In this document: piece by piece, positions 27,561 through 38,911 of the stretch
Position numbering within the stretch: the first letter of the stretch is position 1
How the letters are laid out: the number at the start of each line of letters is the position of its first letter
Source: Eledone cirrhosa
Taxonomy: Eukaryota
DNA: 64,000 nt
Assembly: GCA_964016885.1 (NCBI GenBank)
Contig: OZ024748.1
Location: 39,680,001 to 39,744,000 of the forward strand
Reading direction: 5' to 3'
Translations under genes and position numbers: made by a program
The notes under the pieces: model-generated
Database searches by the model: none
Seen by the model: the letters and a program-made list of their open reading frames with translations, nothing else
Told to the model about the DNA's origin: nothing

Positions 27561-27754
27561 AAAGTGGACAAACACGTTAGATAATGTAATCGTAGACACA
27601 AAAAAGACGTGGTAGTCATGATTGGAACGTCCCTGATCATAGAATTGCTCTGTCAATGTTCACCTGAACTTAAACAACAGCAACAACAACACAGAGATTT
27701 TTTTTGTTGCACCCAAACAGGATTCTGTAAATTCTAGATTGTACATTCTTTTAT

Positions 27755-27897
27755 TCTTTTACTGGTTTCAGTCATTAGACTGTGGCCATGCTGGGGTACT
27801 GTTCTTTTACTGGTTTCAGTCATTAGACTGTGGCCATGCTGGAGCAGTGGTCTTTTACTGGATTCAGTGATTCTACTGTGGCCATGCTAGGGCACCA
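27755..27897. repeat. ~48-bp tandem repeat x3 (fragment of a dispersed repeat)
   Basis: ttcttttactggtttcagtcattagactgtggccatgctgg repeated. Confidence 0.75.
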
Positions 27898-28092
27898 ATT
27901 GATTGTTAGTTTGTTTTTTTTAATTGGTTTTATTCCCAACAATTAAACTATTGAACATGATTTTGAATAGAAAGTAGGGGAAAACATTGACAGTCTTGTC
28001 AAATATAGTTTTAATATTATGTTAACAAAAAAAGGAAATAAAATATCTTTGGAAACTTAAATATATTTCTTGTGATGTTCTTTTACAATTAT

Positions 28093-28375
28093 TTCACCAA
28101 TATATAATTAATATCAAACATTGTGATGTATGTTTCACCAATATATAATTAATAACAAACATTGTGATGTATGTTACACCAATATATAATTAATATCAAA
28201 CATTGTGATGTATGTTACACCAATATATAATTAATATCAAACATTGTGATGTATGTTTCACCAATATATAATTAATATCAAACATTGTGATGTATGTTTC
28301 ACCAATATATAATTAATATGAAACATTGTGATGTATGTTTCACCAATATATAATTAATATGAAACATTGTGATGT
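28093..28375. repeat. 41-bp minisatellite x~7
   Basis: caccaatatataattaatatcaaacattgtgatgtatgttt. Confidence 0.9.
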
Positions 28376-29279
28376 GGTTGTGATAATTCGGGGAAAGATG
28401 GTACAACGAATATTAGATAAACTAAGGTGAAAAGATACAACAAATCAGCATTTTAAACTTTCGTCTTATATTTCTTGATGTTTTGAGGTGAGAAACTTTT
28501 TTCAAAAGAAAGAAATGGAGTCTGGTCTTGTCAACGCCCAAAGAAATGTTGATAAACGATTTATTTACATCAACTTATTATTGATGGTGACATGCTTTTG
28601 TTTCACTTTAAAAAAATATTATAATAAGGTGACATACTAATATAAATATTATTTTAAAAATAAAAAACAAATCTTGAAACATCTTATGACTGTGGCAGTG
28701 GCAAGGTTTATAGAGTTAAGAAGCCTCACAACCATCTGATTTCCGGTTCCTTTAGACTACATGGCATCTTAAAGAAGTGTCTTTCTGCCATAGGTTCGAG
28801 TCAACAAAACGGACAGTTTGCCCTTTTCGGCTTGGCGGGCAGCAGGGCCTGGACTGGTGGTGGAATGCACCAGGTTGGCACTTGCAATTAATTGTAATAT
28901 AACTGATAGATGTTGTTTCAATTCTGTGCCATTAATTGTAGATCAACGACAACATTGTTGCAGTAGTTATTTCAATTATGTGCCATTAATAATCTGTGTT
29001 ACGAACACTACATAAATAGTCTACAGGTGTTACCTTGATTTCACCAGATGGAAATATCAAAATCAAAATTGATTATGTAATTGTTCCAAACAATATTCTC
29101 GAAATGGTGAAAAACTGCCATGTGTATATTTCTACAGATATTGGTCTAGAATATTTCAACTTAGAGACTGGAAAACACAAACGTTATTATCATAAATGTA
29201 CTGTGATTGTGTGAGGCTTAATTATTAAAGATTGTAAAATCCATTCCCTGTGAATTATATCCAAGAATTTTCTTTTTCT

Positions 29280-30080
29280 TCCTTCACTTATTCCTGAGAA
29301 GGTCGTGGGGGAAGAGTCTTGAAACACTCCTTCTAGCAGGTCCTGTCAGAAGCAACCATCTCGAACTGATTTGGCTGGATCCCCAAGCGATACCTGCCAA
29401 GCTTATGGATGTTATCCAACTATCTTGCTCAGGGTCTACTCCTGGGTCTCCTGCTGGTTGGTTTTGCCAATAAAATCTGTCCAGTATTTCCTTGGACATT
29501 CTAGCCATATAATATGTAATATCAGAGCTATGATTTCTCAATTCGGAGAAGTATCAGTTCTACCAGGAGTGATTCACAAGTCTCCAAGCTACACACACTA
29601 TCGAGTAATGATACTCCAAATACCCTTTTGGAGGAACCCCATTTTGGCCACTTGTATTTGCGATTGTATTCTTTCAGTCATTACACAAGATTCATGACCA
29701 TAGGTAAGGGTTGGCACGAAAATCGAATTGAAGATAGTGAGTTTGGTGTTTACACCTACCTCCCTTCTTCTGATTACCAAATGCCAAAGCTGTCACATTA
29801 CTGCAGCAGCTCCTGCAATTATTGCACTTAATTCGGCCTCCTGCCTTCCATCACTCGTGACCATGGCCCTGAGATACTTGAACTTCTCTACCAACTTCAG
29901 TAGAACTCCTTTCGCATGTAGAATGCACTGCGCAGGCTTCCTTTAGAAGACGAGTGTCTCAGTTTTCACAGCACTGAATTTCATTCCAGCCATGCATCAC
30001 TCTGCATCAAACCTATCAAGTGCAAGTCAGAGATCACCTTTTGTTGAGTTTGTAACACCATGTTGTCTGCAAATTCCAGC
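29280..30080 (-). mobile_element. RTE-clade LINE 3' fragment
   Basis: KLTIFNSIFVPTLTYGHES..IQVAKMGFL; FKYL motif; degenerate. Confidence 0.8.
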
Positions 30081-30163
30081 CACAAATTGCTGGCCATGTG
30101 CCTAAATTAGAAAACCTTATTCCTGCAAAAGGTCCTGTTAATCCTTAATTATTATTAAATATA

Positions 30164-30568
30164 ACATATATACAAACTGGAGCTGTGTCAGGGACCAGTC
30201 CGCAAACATATATACAAACTGGAGCTGTGTCAGGGACCAGCCTGCAAACATATATACAAACTGGAGCTGTGTCAGGGACCAGTCCACAAACATATATACA
30301 AACTGGAGCTGTGTCAGAGACCAGTCCGCAAACATATATACAAACTGGAGCTGTGTCAGGGACCAGTCCGCAAACATATATACAAACTGGAGCTGTGTCA
30401 GGGACCAGCCTGCAAACATATATACAAACTGGAGCTGTGTCAGGGACCAGTCCGCAAACATATATACAAACTGGAGCTGTGTCAGGGACCAGTCCGCAAA
30501 CATATATACAAACTGGAGCTGTGTAAGGGACCAGTCCGCAAAAATATATACAAACTGGAGCTGTGTCA
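30164..30568. repeat. 42-bp minisatellite x~10
   Basis: acatatatacaaactggagctgtgtcagggaccagtccgcaa. Confidence 0.95.
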
Positions 30569-30916
30569 GTGACAATGTCTGCAAACAATGAGTTGAACAT
30601 TTTAACACCAAGAAATATATGATAAATAAAAACTACAGTTAACAGATTTTTGTGTTTTGAATTACTAAAGTGACTCGTGTACAATGTAATTGGTATATAT
30701 ATATATATATATATACTCACTCTATATGTATGTGTTTTTATATAAATATGTAAATATTTGTGTATATATATATATAGTTGTTATATAGTAAGGTGTATTA
30801 TTGGTTGTGTCATACGGTCCAATAAACTTTTGTTAGCAATATTAAGTTCTCCACGCTTTTGTATATCTCCAATTCCATTTAAGGGAACAGCTAGATGATG
30901 TAAAACGGAGTATTTG

Positions 30917-32515
30917 TATCAAAATAAAGATCCGAAAGCATGGTATAAATTTCCAATCATTTTAATCACAACACGTTTCAATAAGGGATAGATCGATCGT
31001 GTGGTCATGATCGATTATCACTGATTTCATCATTCTTAACTGAGCGTGTAATACGTCTATTTACTAACTGAGAGAACTCTATGGTTAGGGTATTCTAAAC
31101 CTTCCTCAGGATTTTTGGAAAGTAACCTACCACTAACTCCCCCCTTTTTACCTTAGCCATAGAGTTCTCTCAATTAGCAAAAAATAGACAATCACATACT
31201 CAGGTAGTAGACAGCTAAGATCGTTTGCGCACTTACACACTGTACTCGGTATGTTTCCACAGAGTTCTCACAGTTGAGTGCATATTTACCATTACTTTAG
31301 AATACCTAGTTAGTAAATAGTTAGAACAATTACACTCGCAGTTAAGACCGATTACGCGCATTCACCATTACTTTAGAATACCCTAACCATAGAGTTCTCT
31401 CAGTTAGTAAATAGACGTATTACACACTCAGTTAAGAACGTTACGCTCTTTATACATAATTCTACACAGTACCCGGTTTCTTTAGACACAGAGTTGCCAC
31501 AGTTATGACCAGTCATGATCTTGTCGATTGAATACTACACTAGGTTTTGGTCTGTGATCCTCTAACCAAGGAGTGCTCACAGTTTGCTGAATGGACAATA
31601 CTACTTACACGCCATCAATGGACTTACACACATCCCCGGGGTTTTGTTATTTTATTTTGTGTTGGGTAACACACCTCCACCACTCAAACACTTATCTTAA
31701 AGGCCCGAGGGCCCATTTGACGGGAAAACGCACACACTGACACCTTAACTCAAATACCCAACCCTACATGGAGCCCCTTGTTGGCCTACATGGCAGGTGC
31801 TTGCACGCACAGACTCGGGGACCCAGATTCTCAACGGGACAACGGCACATATAGAGTTCGATACGAGCTGACTACTTGCTCTACACATGGATGTGTATAT
31901 ACCAAAACATACACTATTTAGACGATACAGATGTTACAATTCAATCGATACACGTATAGCAGAACGTTGAAGGGAATTTACTTGCGTGTGTATAGTGTTG
32001 TGGTTGACCCAATTTTTTTCTAATTTACATCGTGAAAATTGAGATTTGACCAATATAACGTTTGTTGTTTTGTAACCTAACTTTTGGTGCATACTGTGTT
32101 GCTGTGTATATTTTTTTTTCTCTGACCTCGCGTCGGTGTGTGTGAGTGTGTGTGCACTCAATAACACTAATTGTGACGGACCAAAATTCTACAGATCTGG
32201 TGCTGAGATTAGACCTGTCCAGCGTCTTTTACAGCTATTGAGAGATAGAGACTTGATAGATTTATGACCCTGACTGAAGACAATAGCAGTTGTCGTGTTT
32301 TGGCTGCTGATTATTCATATGGGGAACAAAACTCCAGTGAGTGAACATCGTTAGTTTTTCCTCCCTCATATCAAAGATTTGAAGACATTTCATTATTCAC
32401 CTGATGAGATCAGTGATAATCGATCATGACCACACGATCGATCCCTTATTGAAAAATGTCTCGTGATTAAAATGATTGGAAATGTATACCATGCCTTCGG
32501 ATCTTTATTTTGATA
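30917..32515. mobile_element. 1.6-kb non-coding element with ~115-bp inverted ends and nested internal inverted repeats
   Basis: tatcaaaataaagatccgaa..tcatca (30917-31032) is inverted at 32402-32515; internal IR 31035-31098 / 31372-31438. Confidence 0.75.
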
Positions 32516-32562
32516 TATATATATAAAACTGAATTTACATTTTTTTTTCCAGTCTCCAAGCA

Positions 32563-33942
32563 ATGGAACCTTACAGGATTAAGGTATTTTATCCAGTCAA
32601 TTTAATCCCCAAGTCTGACCGTATTGCATGTCTAAAAGCTGCCAACTACAACCCCTTTCTACTTAAATCGAAAGACATATTTATAGATTTGCTAACAGAT
32701 TCTGGTACAGGAAGTCAAAGCAGTGCCCAGTGGTCGGCTATGACTAAAGCCGGCTATTCAACTATTAATTCCGAATACGTTAAGGAATTTGTACGTACAA
32801 TTCAACACATTACCAATTTCAAACATGTATTTCCAGTTCATCAAGGTCGAGGAGCCGAAGGTTTGTTGGCAAAACTCCTACTGAATAAAGAGAGTGTTGT
32901 ACTGAGTAATTCTCTCTTTGACACAACACGAGCACACGTTGAGTCATCTGGTGCAATTGGAATAGATTTGGCAACAAAGTCTTCAAAATTCTTAGGTGAT
33001 GCCGATGTGGAAAAATTTGAAGAAACACTGGATGAATATGGTTCTAGAGTTCATCTTGTAATAATAACCTGCACCAATAATGTGGTAGCCGGAGCTCCTG
33101 TGAGCATGCAAAATATAGAAATCATAACAAAATTATGTCGAAACAAGAATATCCCAGTTATAATGGACGCATGCCGTTTTGTTGAAAATGCTTATTTTAT
33201 CAAGACCTTAGACGAAAAATATTCTAAACACACAATCTTAGATATTGCCAGCGAAATGTTTTCTTATTTTGATGGTGCAACTATGTCTTTAAAGAAAGAT
33301 GGTATGAGCAATGAAGGTGGGTTTATAGCTTTCAACAACGACAAATGGGCCACCAAAATATTTGACATAATCGAATATAAAAGTGGTTATTCAACTTACG
33401 GGGGAATAACTGGATCAAATCTTGTAGCATGTACTGTCGGAATTTCTGAGGCTATGAACGAAAATTACCTCCGATCAAGAATCTATCAGGCTAAATTACT
33501 GGCTGATTTCTTGGAAGATAATAATATTCCCGTATTTAAACCAGTAGGGGCCCATGCCGTCTACGTGAAAGCAAACAAAGTCTTGCCACACCTTGATTTC
33601 TTGAAGTATCCAGCATGGTCCCTTAATTGTGCCGTATATATCGAAGGTGGTATTCGATGTGCAGAAATTGGCAATATAATGTTTGGTGAAAATTCAGATG
33701 GAACAAAACAAATTCATCCCTTTGAATATGTGCGTTTGGCTTTACCCAGAAGAACCTATACGGTCAACCATCTGCATTTTGTGGCCAAAACTTTTGGTTT
33801 TGTTGCCAAAAAAGCCCATTTAATCCACGGAATGGAAATTGTCAAATCTTCGCATCTCCTAAGACATTTCACAATTTGGATGAGACCATTAAATGAATAC
33901 CACCTTGAAAAGAATAATAATCAGAAAAAAATAAACTGTTGA
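32563..33942 (+). CDS. tnaA: Tryptophanase-like PLP-dependent beta-eliminating lyase, paralog B (PLP Lys intact; catalytic Tyr replaced)
   Basis: 459-aa intact ORF: EPYRI, IDLLTDSGTG, HQGRGAE, FDTT, TNN, DACRFVENAYFI, MSLKKDG, AEIG, VRLALPRRTYT, LRHFT. FDTT/EIG/RHF are tryptophanase-type rather than TPL-type. Acceptor ttttttttccAG at 32551-32552. Confidence 0.92.
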   Translation: MEPYRIKVFYPVNLIPKSDRIACLKAANYNPFLLKSKDIFIDLLTDSGTGSQSSAQWSAMTKAGYSTINSEYVKEFVRTIQHITNFKHVFPVHQGRGAEGLLAKLLLNKESVVLSNSLFDTTRAHVESSGAIGIDLATKSSKFLGDADVEKFEETLDEYGSRVHLVIITCTNNVVAGAPVSMQNIEIITKLCRNKNIPVIMDACRFVENAYFIKTLDEKYSKHTILDIASEMFSYFDGATMSLKKDGMSNEGGFIAFNNDKWATKIFDIIEYKSGYSTYGGITGSNLVACTVGISEAMNENYLRSRIYQAKLLADFLEDNNIPVFKPVGAHAVYVKANKVLPHLDFLKYPAWSLNCAVYIEGGIRCAEIGNIMFGENSDGTKQIHPFEYVRLALPRRTYTVNHLHFVAKTFGFVAKKAHLIHGMEIVKSSHLLRHFTIWMRPLNEYHLEKNNNQKKINC

Positions 33943-34261
33943 AGTTTGCCATAAATTACAATGTCAGTTATCTCTTGTGTACAGAAGAAGTTCATTAGAA
34001 GTATATATCACACTGGCCAAATTACCCACACCTTGCTGCGTTTCACACTTTTTTTTTTTTAAAGAAAATGATGAATGATTTTAAATCAGCGATATAATTT
34101 ATGGAGAAAAACTCTGCATTTCAATATTACTCAATGTAAAATGTAATGCATGAAAAATTGGAAAACATTATTTTTTGTTATATATCAAATCAAAATTACA
34201 TTATTAAATCTGATTCTTATTTTGTTTCTTGTAAATAATTTTTTTCAAAATATCAATTCAA

Positions 34262-34513
34262 AACTTTTGTGAATAGGGCATCATATCTTGTCATTTACAT
34301 ATGGTTTAAATTTCATATAAATCGAAAGGAAAAAATTTTCAGCAGGGATTTGTGCCTCCGGGGAACCCTTTGATTAAAATGAAATATACTTATCCAAGTA
34401 ACCTGGGAAATGTAGTTTCAGAATATATATGGTTATGGGGATCTAGCTCCAAAACTATAGGAGGAGTTCATGAACAAACAAACAGACAGGAACGACAACT
34501 TTATATATATAGA
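34262..34513 (-). mobile_element. Helitron 5' fragment (same family as 22129-22960)
   Basis: Shared catcatatcttgtcattta..ccctttgattaaaatgaaatatac; minus strand begins TCTATATAT. Confidence 0.65.
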
Positions 34514-34644
34514 TTACTACCTACGTTTAAATGGGTTTTATATAAATGAATTTAAATGGCTTTTAATGGGTACATGTGTGTGCTTATATTAGTGAAGAAG
34601 TGCTTGCTTAAGAACTATGACATATGACTTCATAACACATATTA

Positions 34645-34835
34645 TTGTGGTGGATTGGCAGTATTGGGAGAGGGTCGGATGCCATGCTTTGACGTATAGA
34701 GTTACGGCCCTTGCCATTCTGAGTTCAAATCCCGCCGAGGTTAACTTTGCCTTTCATCCTTACGGGGTCGATAAAATAAAGTACCAGTAATGCACTGGAT
34801 ATTTGCTGACCGTGTGCCTAACTTAGAAACAATTA
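34645..34835 (+). mobile_element. Family-A SINE
   Basis: Same head and body as other copies. Confidence 0.85.
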
Positions 34836-35399
34836 TAAAGAGAAATTCGTATTTTCTTGCATGTTTACATGCCTACATATTAAATATATGTATAGTTCTA
34901 CACACAGTCTCAGCTACACACTCTGTATTTATACAGATATAATTTTATCATTCACTATGGCTGTTAGCATACTTCTTAATATATATATATTAAATAAGTA
35001 CCAATACAAACGCTAATTAAATGCAAATTAATTTCATTGGTACAAGAGATTTCAACACATTCTGCTTTTCAACTCGGCAAAAATACAGAGAGTTTGGCTA
35101 ATATAGCAACATAGCTACACACACTTGCTAACCCTAACCCCTGCCGAAATTGAAACTAGCTGAGTTTGCTTCACAGGTTACTAAATATCACGACTATGTA
35201 TTCTACAATTGCACACACAATATACTGCATGTATACTTGCACCTTTTTCTGTTTTCATTGCTGCACCTTAACAACGAAGTAAATCATTTTATAAATAAAA
35301 ATATTTAAATTAGCAGTGTCTTGTTTATTTGTTAATTCTTATCCACGTGATTTGGAAAAATCATCTTACCCAGGGTAATATCACTTCACAGTACACATC

Positions 35400-35960
35400 A
35401 GGAGTGGTTTATTTGACCAATACGGTCAAACTTCTCTGGACTCGCAGACATACTTGGCATTGCTTCACCAACATAGTAAAACCAACCAGCAGGAGTCCCA
35501 GGGGTAGACCCCAAGCAGGATGGATGGATAACATCCATGAGCTTGGCTGGTCTTGCTTGGGGATCGAGCCAGATCAGTTGGAAACGGTTGCTTCTGACAG
35601 AACCTGCTGGAAGGAGTGTCTGAGGATTCTGCAACAGCATTTGGAAGATTATACTGAAGACTTGGGCATGTGGAAGAGCTGCATGAAGCTACTTAATGAT
35701 GAGCAGAAAGAGCGACATGTGCAGGTGCGTAAGCACATCCTCAAGCATTTTGAAATCAAACCAGACATTTTCCTTTTCCCCAAGCTGAAGAGGGTCATCA
35801 GAGGAACCTGAGGTAGAAGCCATGAAGAGGGCTATATTAGCAGAGCTATGGAGAATTCTGGGTGAATCCATCCAAGAGTGCAGGGAGAAGAAAGATGGGA
35901 AATTGTGTTTGACCCAAGGGGGATTATTCTGAAAAGGAAAACTTCTAGTTCGGATTTAAA
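35400..35960 (+). mobile_element. RTE 3' fragment followed by mariner-like remnant
   Basis: PRGRPQAGWMDNI (RTE); LLNDEQKERHVQ..PD.FLFPKLK (mariner). Confidence 0.6.
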
Positions 35961-36008
35961 ATATTTTATTTTGCAACTTCTGTCCTGTTTCTTTTCATAT
36001 ATATATAT

Positions 36009-36340
36009 ACATGGCTTAGTGGTTAGAGCATTTGCCTTGCAATCGAAAGGTTTGAGTTCAATTCTCAGACCGGGTGATGTGTTGTTTCCTTGAGCAAGAC
36101 ACTTTATTTCACATTGCTCCAGTTTACTCAGCTGTAGAAATGAGATGATAGGGACTGGGGTCCCTATCATTCCACTGCAAAGTGGTCATGGAGGTGCCAC
36201 GGCAAAAAAGCACCCAGCACTCACTGTAAATGAGGTTGGTGTTAGGAAGGGCATCCAGCTGTAGAAATCAAGCCAGAATCAGTTCCCGTCCTACCCTTGC
36301 AAGCAGGGAAAAGTGGACGTAAAATGATGATGATGATGAT
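36009..36340 (+). mobile_element. tRNA-derived SINE (family B)
   Basis: A box tggcttagtgg, B box gagttcaattc, ccttgagcaagacac body, aggaagggcatccagc, (ATG)n tail; near-identical copy at 45320-45660. Confidence 0.85.
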
Positions 36341-37099
36341 ATATATGGATAATAGGATAAATTTGGTACAACCAATAAATTATAAAGGCAACAAATATTT
36401 TCTTGTTTTAATATTGCAGTTTATACATATCTTAAGAAGCAGTATAAGAAAAGCTTACATTTCATTTTCAAACTTAAGTAAAAAATAAAATATATATTTA
36501 TTTTCAATTTTTAAAATGCGAGCAAAAACATAAAATCGATTTGAATATTCATCACACATACATATATATACATGTATATTATTTCGAAAAAAAAGGGGGT
36601 GGGGTAAAGTTTTATACAAAAAAATGATGACCAGTTCGAATATTTGAGAGAAAACTCAAGTATATTCGAACTGCTCAGATATTAAAAAAATTTCTTTTAT
36701 TAATATTCAATATTTAACATCTAATATTTGATAAAATTGTTTTACCAATCGAAACCAGTTATATTTAATGCAACAATTATAAAATTATTCATTCTGTCAG
36801 ATTAAAGAAAAAATAATCTTTTAATATTCCCTGGACATTGGCAATTTCAACCCCCTACCAACAGTACTGCTGGTTCACTCTGGGTCACAGCGTCTGAGAC
36901 AAGTCAGAGCGTAGTGTCCAAATAATTATTTTAAATTATTCTATGAAAAATAAAAATTAATTACAGGTATCTAAATATCACAATTTGTTTTGTTGGATGA
37001 TCTACCAACTTTGCCATCAACCAGTCATTTCTATCAAATAATTTCCAATAATATTTGTGAATATGAAAAGGTAAAGAAAGATCGATATATGTGCGTGTA

Positions 37100-38671
37100 T
37101 ATATAACGTCTGAATAGCTCAGGCTGTCATACCTGACAGTCCTCAGTGAAATATGTATAACGTCTGAAGAGCTCAGGCTGTCATAACTGATAGTCCTCAG
37201 TGAAATATGTATAACGTCTGAAGAGCTCAGGCTGTCATAACTGATAGTCCTCAGAGAAATGTGTATAACGTCTGAATAGCTCAGGCTGTCATACCTGACA
37301 GTCCTCAGAGAAATGTGTATAACGTCTGAAGAGCTCAGGCTGTCATAACTGATAGTCCTCAGTGAAATGTGTATAACGTCTGAAGAGCTCAGGCTGTCAT
37401 ACCTGATAGTCCTCAGTGAAATATGTATAACGTCTGAAGAGCTCAGGCTGTCATACCTGATAGTCCTCAGAGAAATGTGTATAACGTCTGAAGAGCTCAG
37501 GCTGTCATACCTGACAGTCCTCAGTGAAATGTGTATAACGTCTGAAGAGCTCAGGCTGTCATACCTGACAGTCCTCAGTGAAATGTGTATAACGTCTGAA
37601 GAGCTCAGGCTGTCATACCTGATAGTCCTCAGAGAAATGTGTATAACGTCTGAAGAGCTCAGGCTGTCATAACTGATAGTCCTCAGTGAAATATGTATAA
37701 CGTCTGAAGAGCTCAGGCTGTCATACCTGATAGTCCTCAGAGAAATGTGTATAACGTCTGAAGAGCTCAGGCTGTCATAACTGATAGTCCTCAGTGAAAT
37801 ATGTATAACGTCTGAAGAGCTCAGGCTGTCATAACTGATAGTCCTCAGTGAAATATGTATAGCGTCTGAAGAGCTCAGGCTGTCATACCTGATAGTCCTC
37901 AGAGAAATGTGTATAACGTCTGAAGAGCTCAGGCTGTCATAACTGATAGTCCTCAGTGAAATATGTATAACGTCTGAAGAGCTCAGGCTGTCACAACTGA
38001 TAGTCCTCAGTGAAATATGTATAACGTCTGAAGAGCTCAGGCTGTCATAACTGATAGTCCTCAGTGAAATATGTATAACGTCTGAAGAGCTCAGGCTGTC
38101 ATAACTGATAGTCCTCAGTGAAATATGTATAGCGTCTGAAGAGCTCAGGCTGTCATACCTGACAGTCCTCAGTGAAATATGTATAACGTCTGAAGAGCTC
38201 AGGCTGTCATAACTGATAGTCCTCAGAGAAATGTGTATAACGTCTGAAGAGCTCAGGCTGTCATAACTGATAGTCCTCAGTGAAATATGTATAACGTCTG
38301 AAGAGCTCAGGCTGTCATAACTGATAGTCCTCAGTGAAATATGTATAACGTCTGAAGAGCTCAGGCTGTCATAACTGATAGTCCTCGGTGAAATGTGTAT
38401 AACGTCTGAAGAGCTCAGGCTGTCATAACTGATAGTCCTCAGAGAAATATGGATAACTTCTGAAGAGCTCAGGCTGTCATAACTGATAGTCCTCAGTGAA
38501 ATATATATAACGTCTGAAGAGCTCAGGCTGTCATAACTGATAGTCCTCAGTGAAATGTGTATAACGTCTGAAGAGCTCAGGCTGTCATAACTGATAGTCC
38601 TCAGTGAAATATGTATAACGTCTGAAGAGCTCAGGCTGTCATAACTGATAGTCCTCGGTGAAATGTGTATA
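37100..38671 (+). repeat. 54-bp satellite (~29 copies), each unit a minimal hammerhead ribozyme motif
   Basis: Unit ACGT CTGAAGA GCTCAGGCTGTCA taac TGATAGTCCTCAGT GAAAT atgt ATA; period 54 (CTG at 37110, 37164, ...). Confidence 0.85.
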
Positions 38672-38911
38672 GCAGAGTTTTAAATAAATCTGAATTGACT
38701 GGTAATGGCCTCCAACCTTTTAATAGTGTGTGTGTGTGTGTATACATATGAGATTGTTTAGCCTTATATACCTTTCCACAATAATATATATATATATATA
38801 AGTAAAAGTGGTATTTAATTTGTTGGAAGTCCGACAAACATAGATGTTTATAACTGATTTAGAGCACTCAACAAATTACTGGAGTAAATATTCAATGATA
38901 TTAAATAAATG

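Noticed and set aside
32563-33942. Call as tyrosine phenol-lyase (tpl)
   Set aside because: Has FDTT, EIG and RHF (tryptophanase-type) rather than FTTT, ERG and RFF; actual substrate still untested
36009-36075. tRNA gene
   Set aside because: A/B boxes belong to a SINE head that continues into SINE body and tail; no full cloverleaf
37100-38671. CRISPR-like appearance of regular arrays (also 30164-30568, 28093-28375)
   Set aside because: No unique spacers and no cas genes; eukaryotic context
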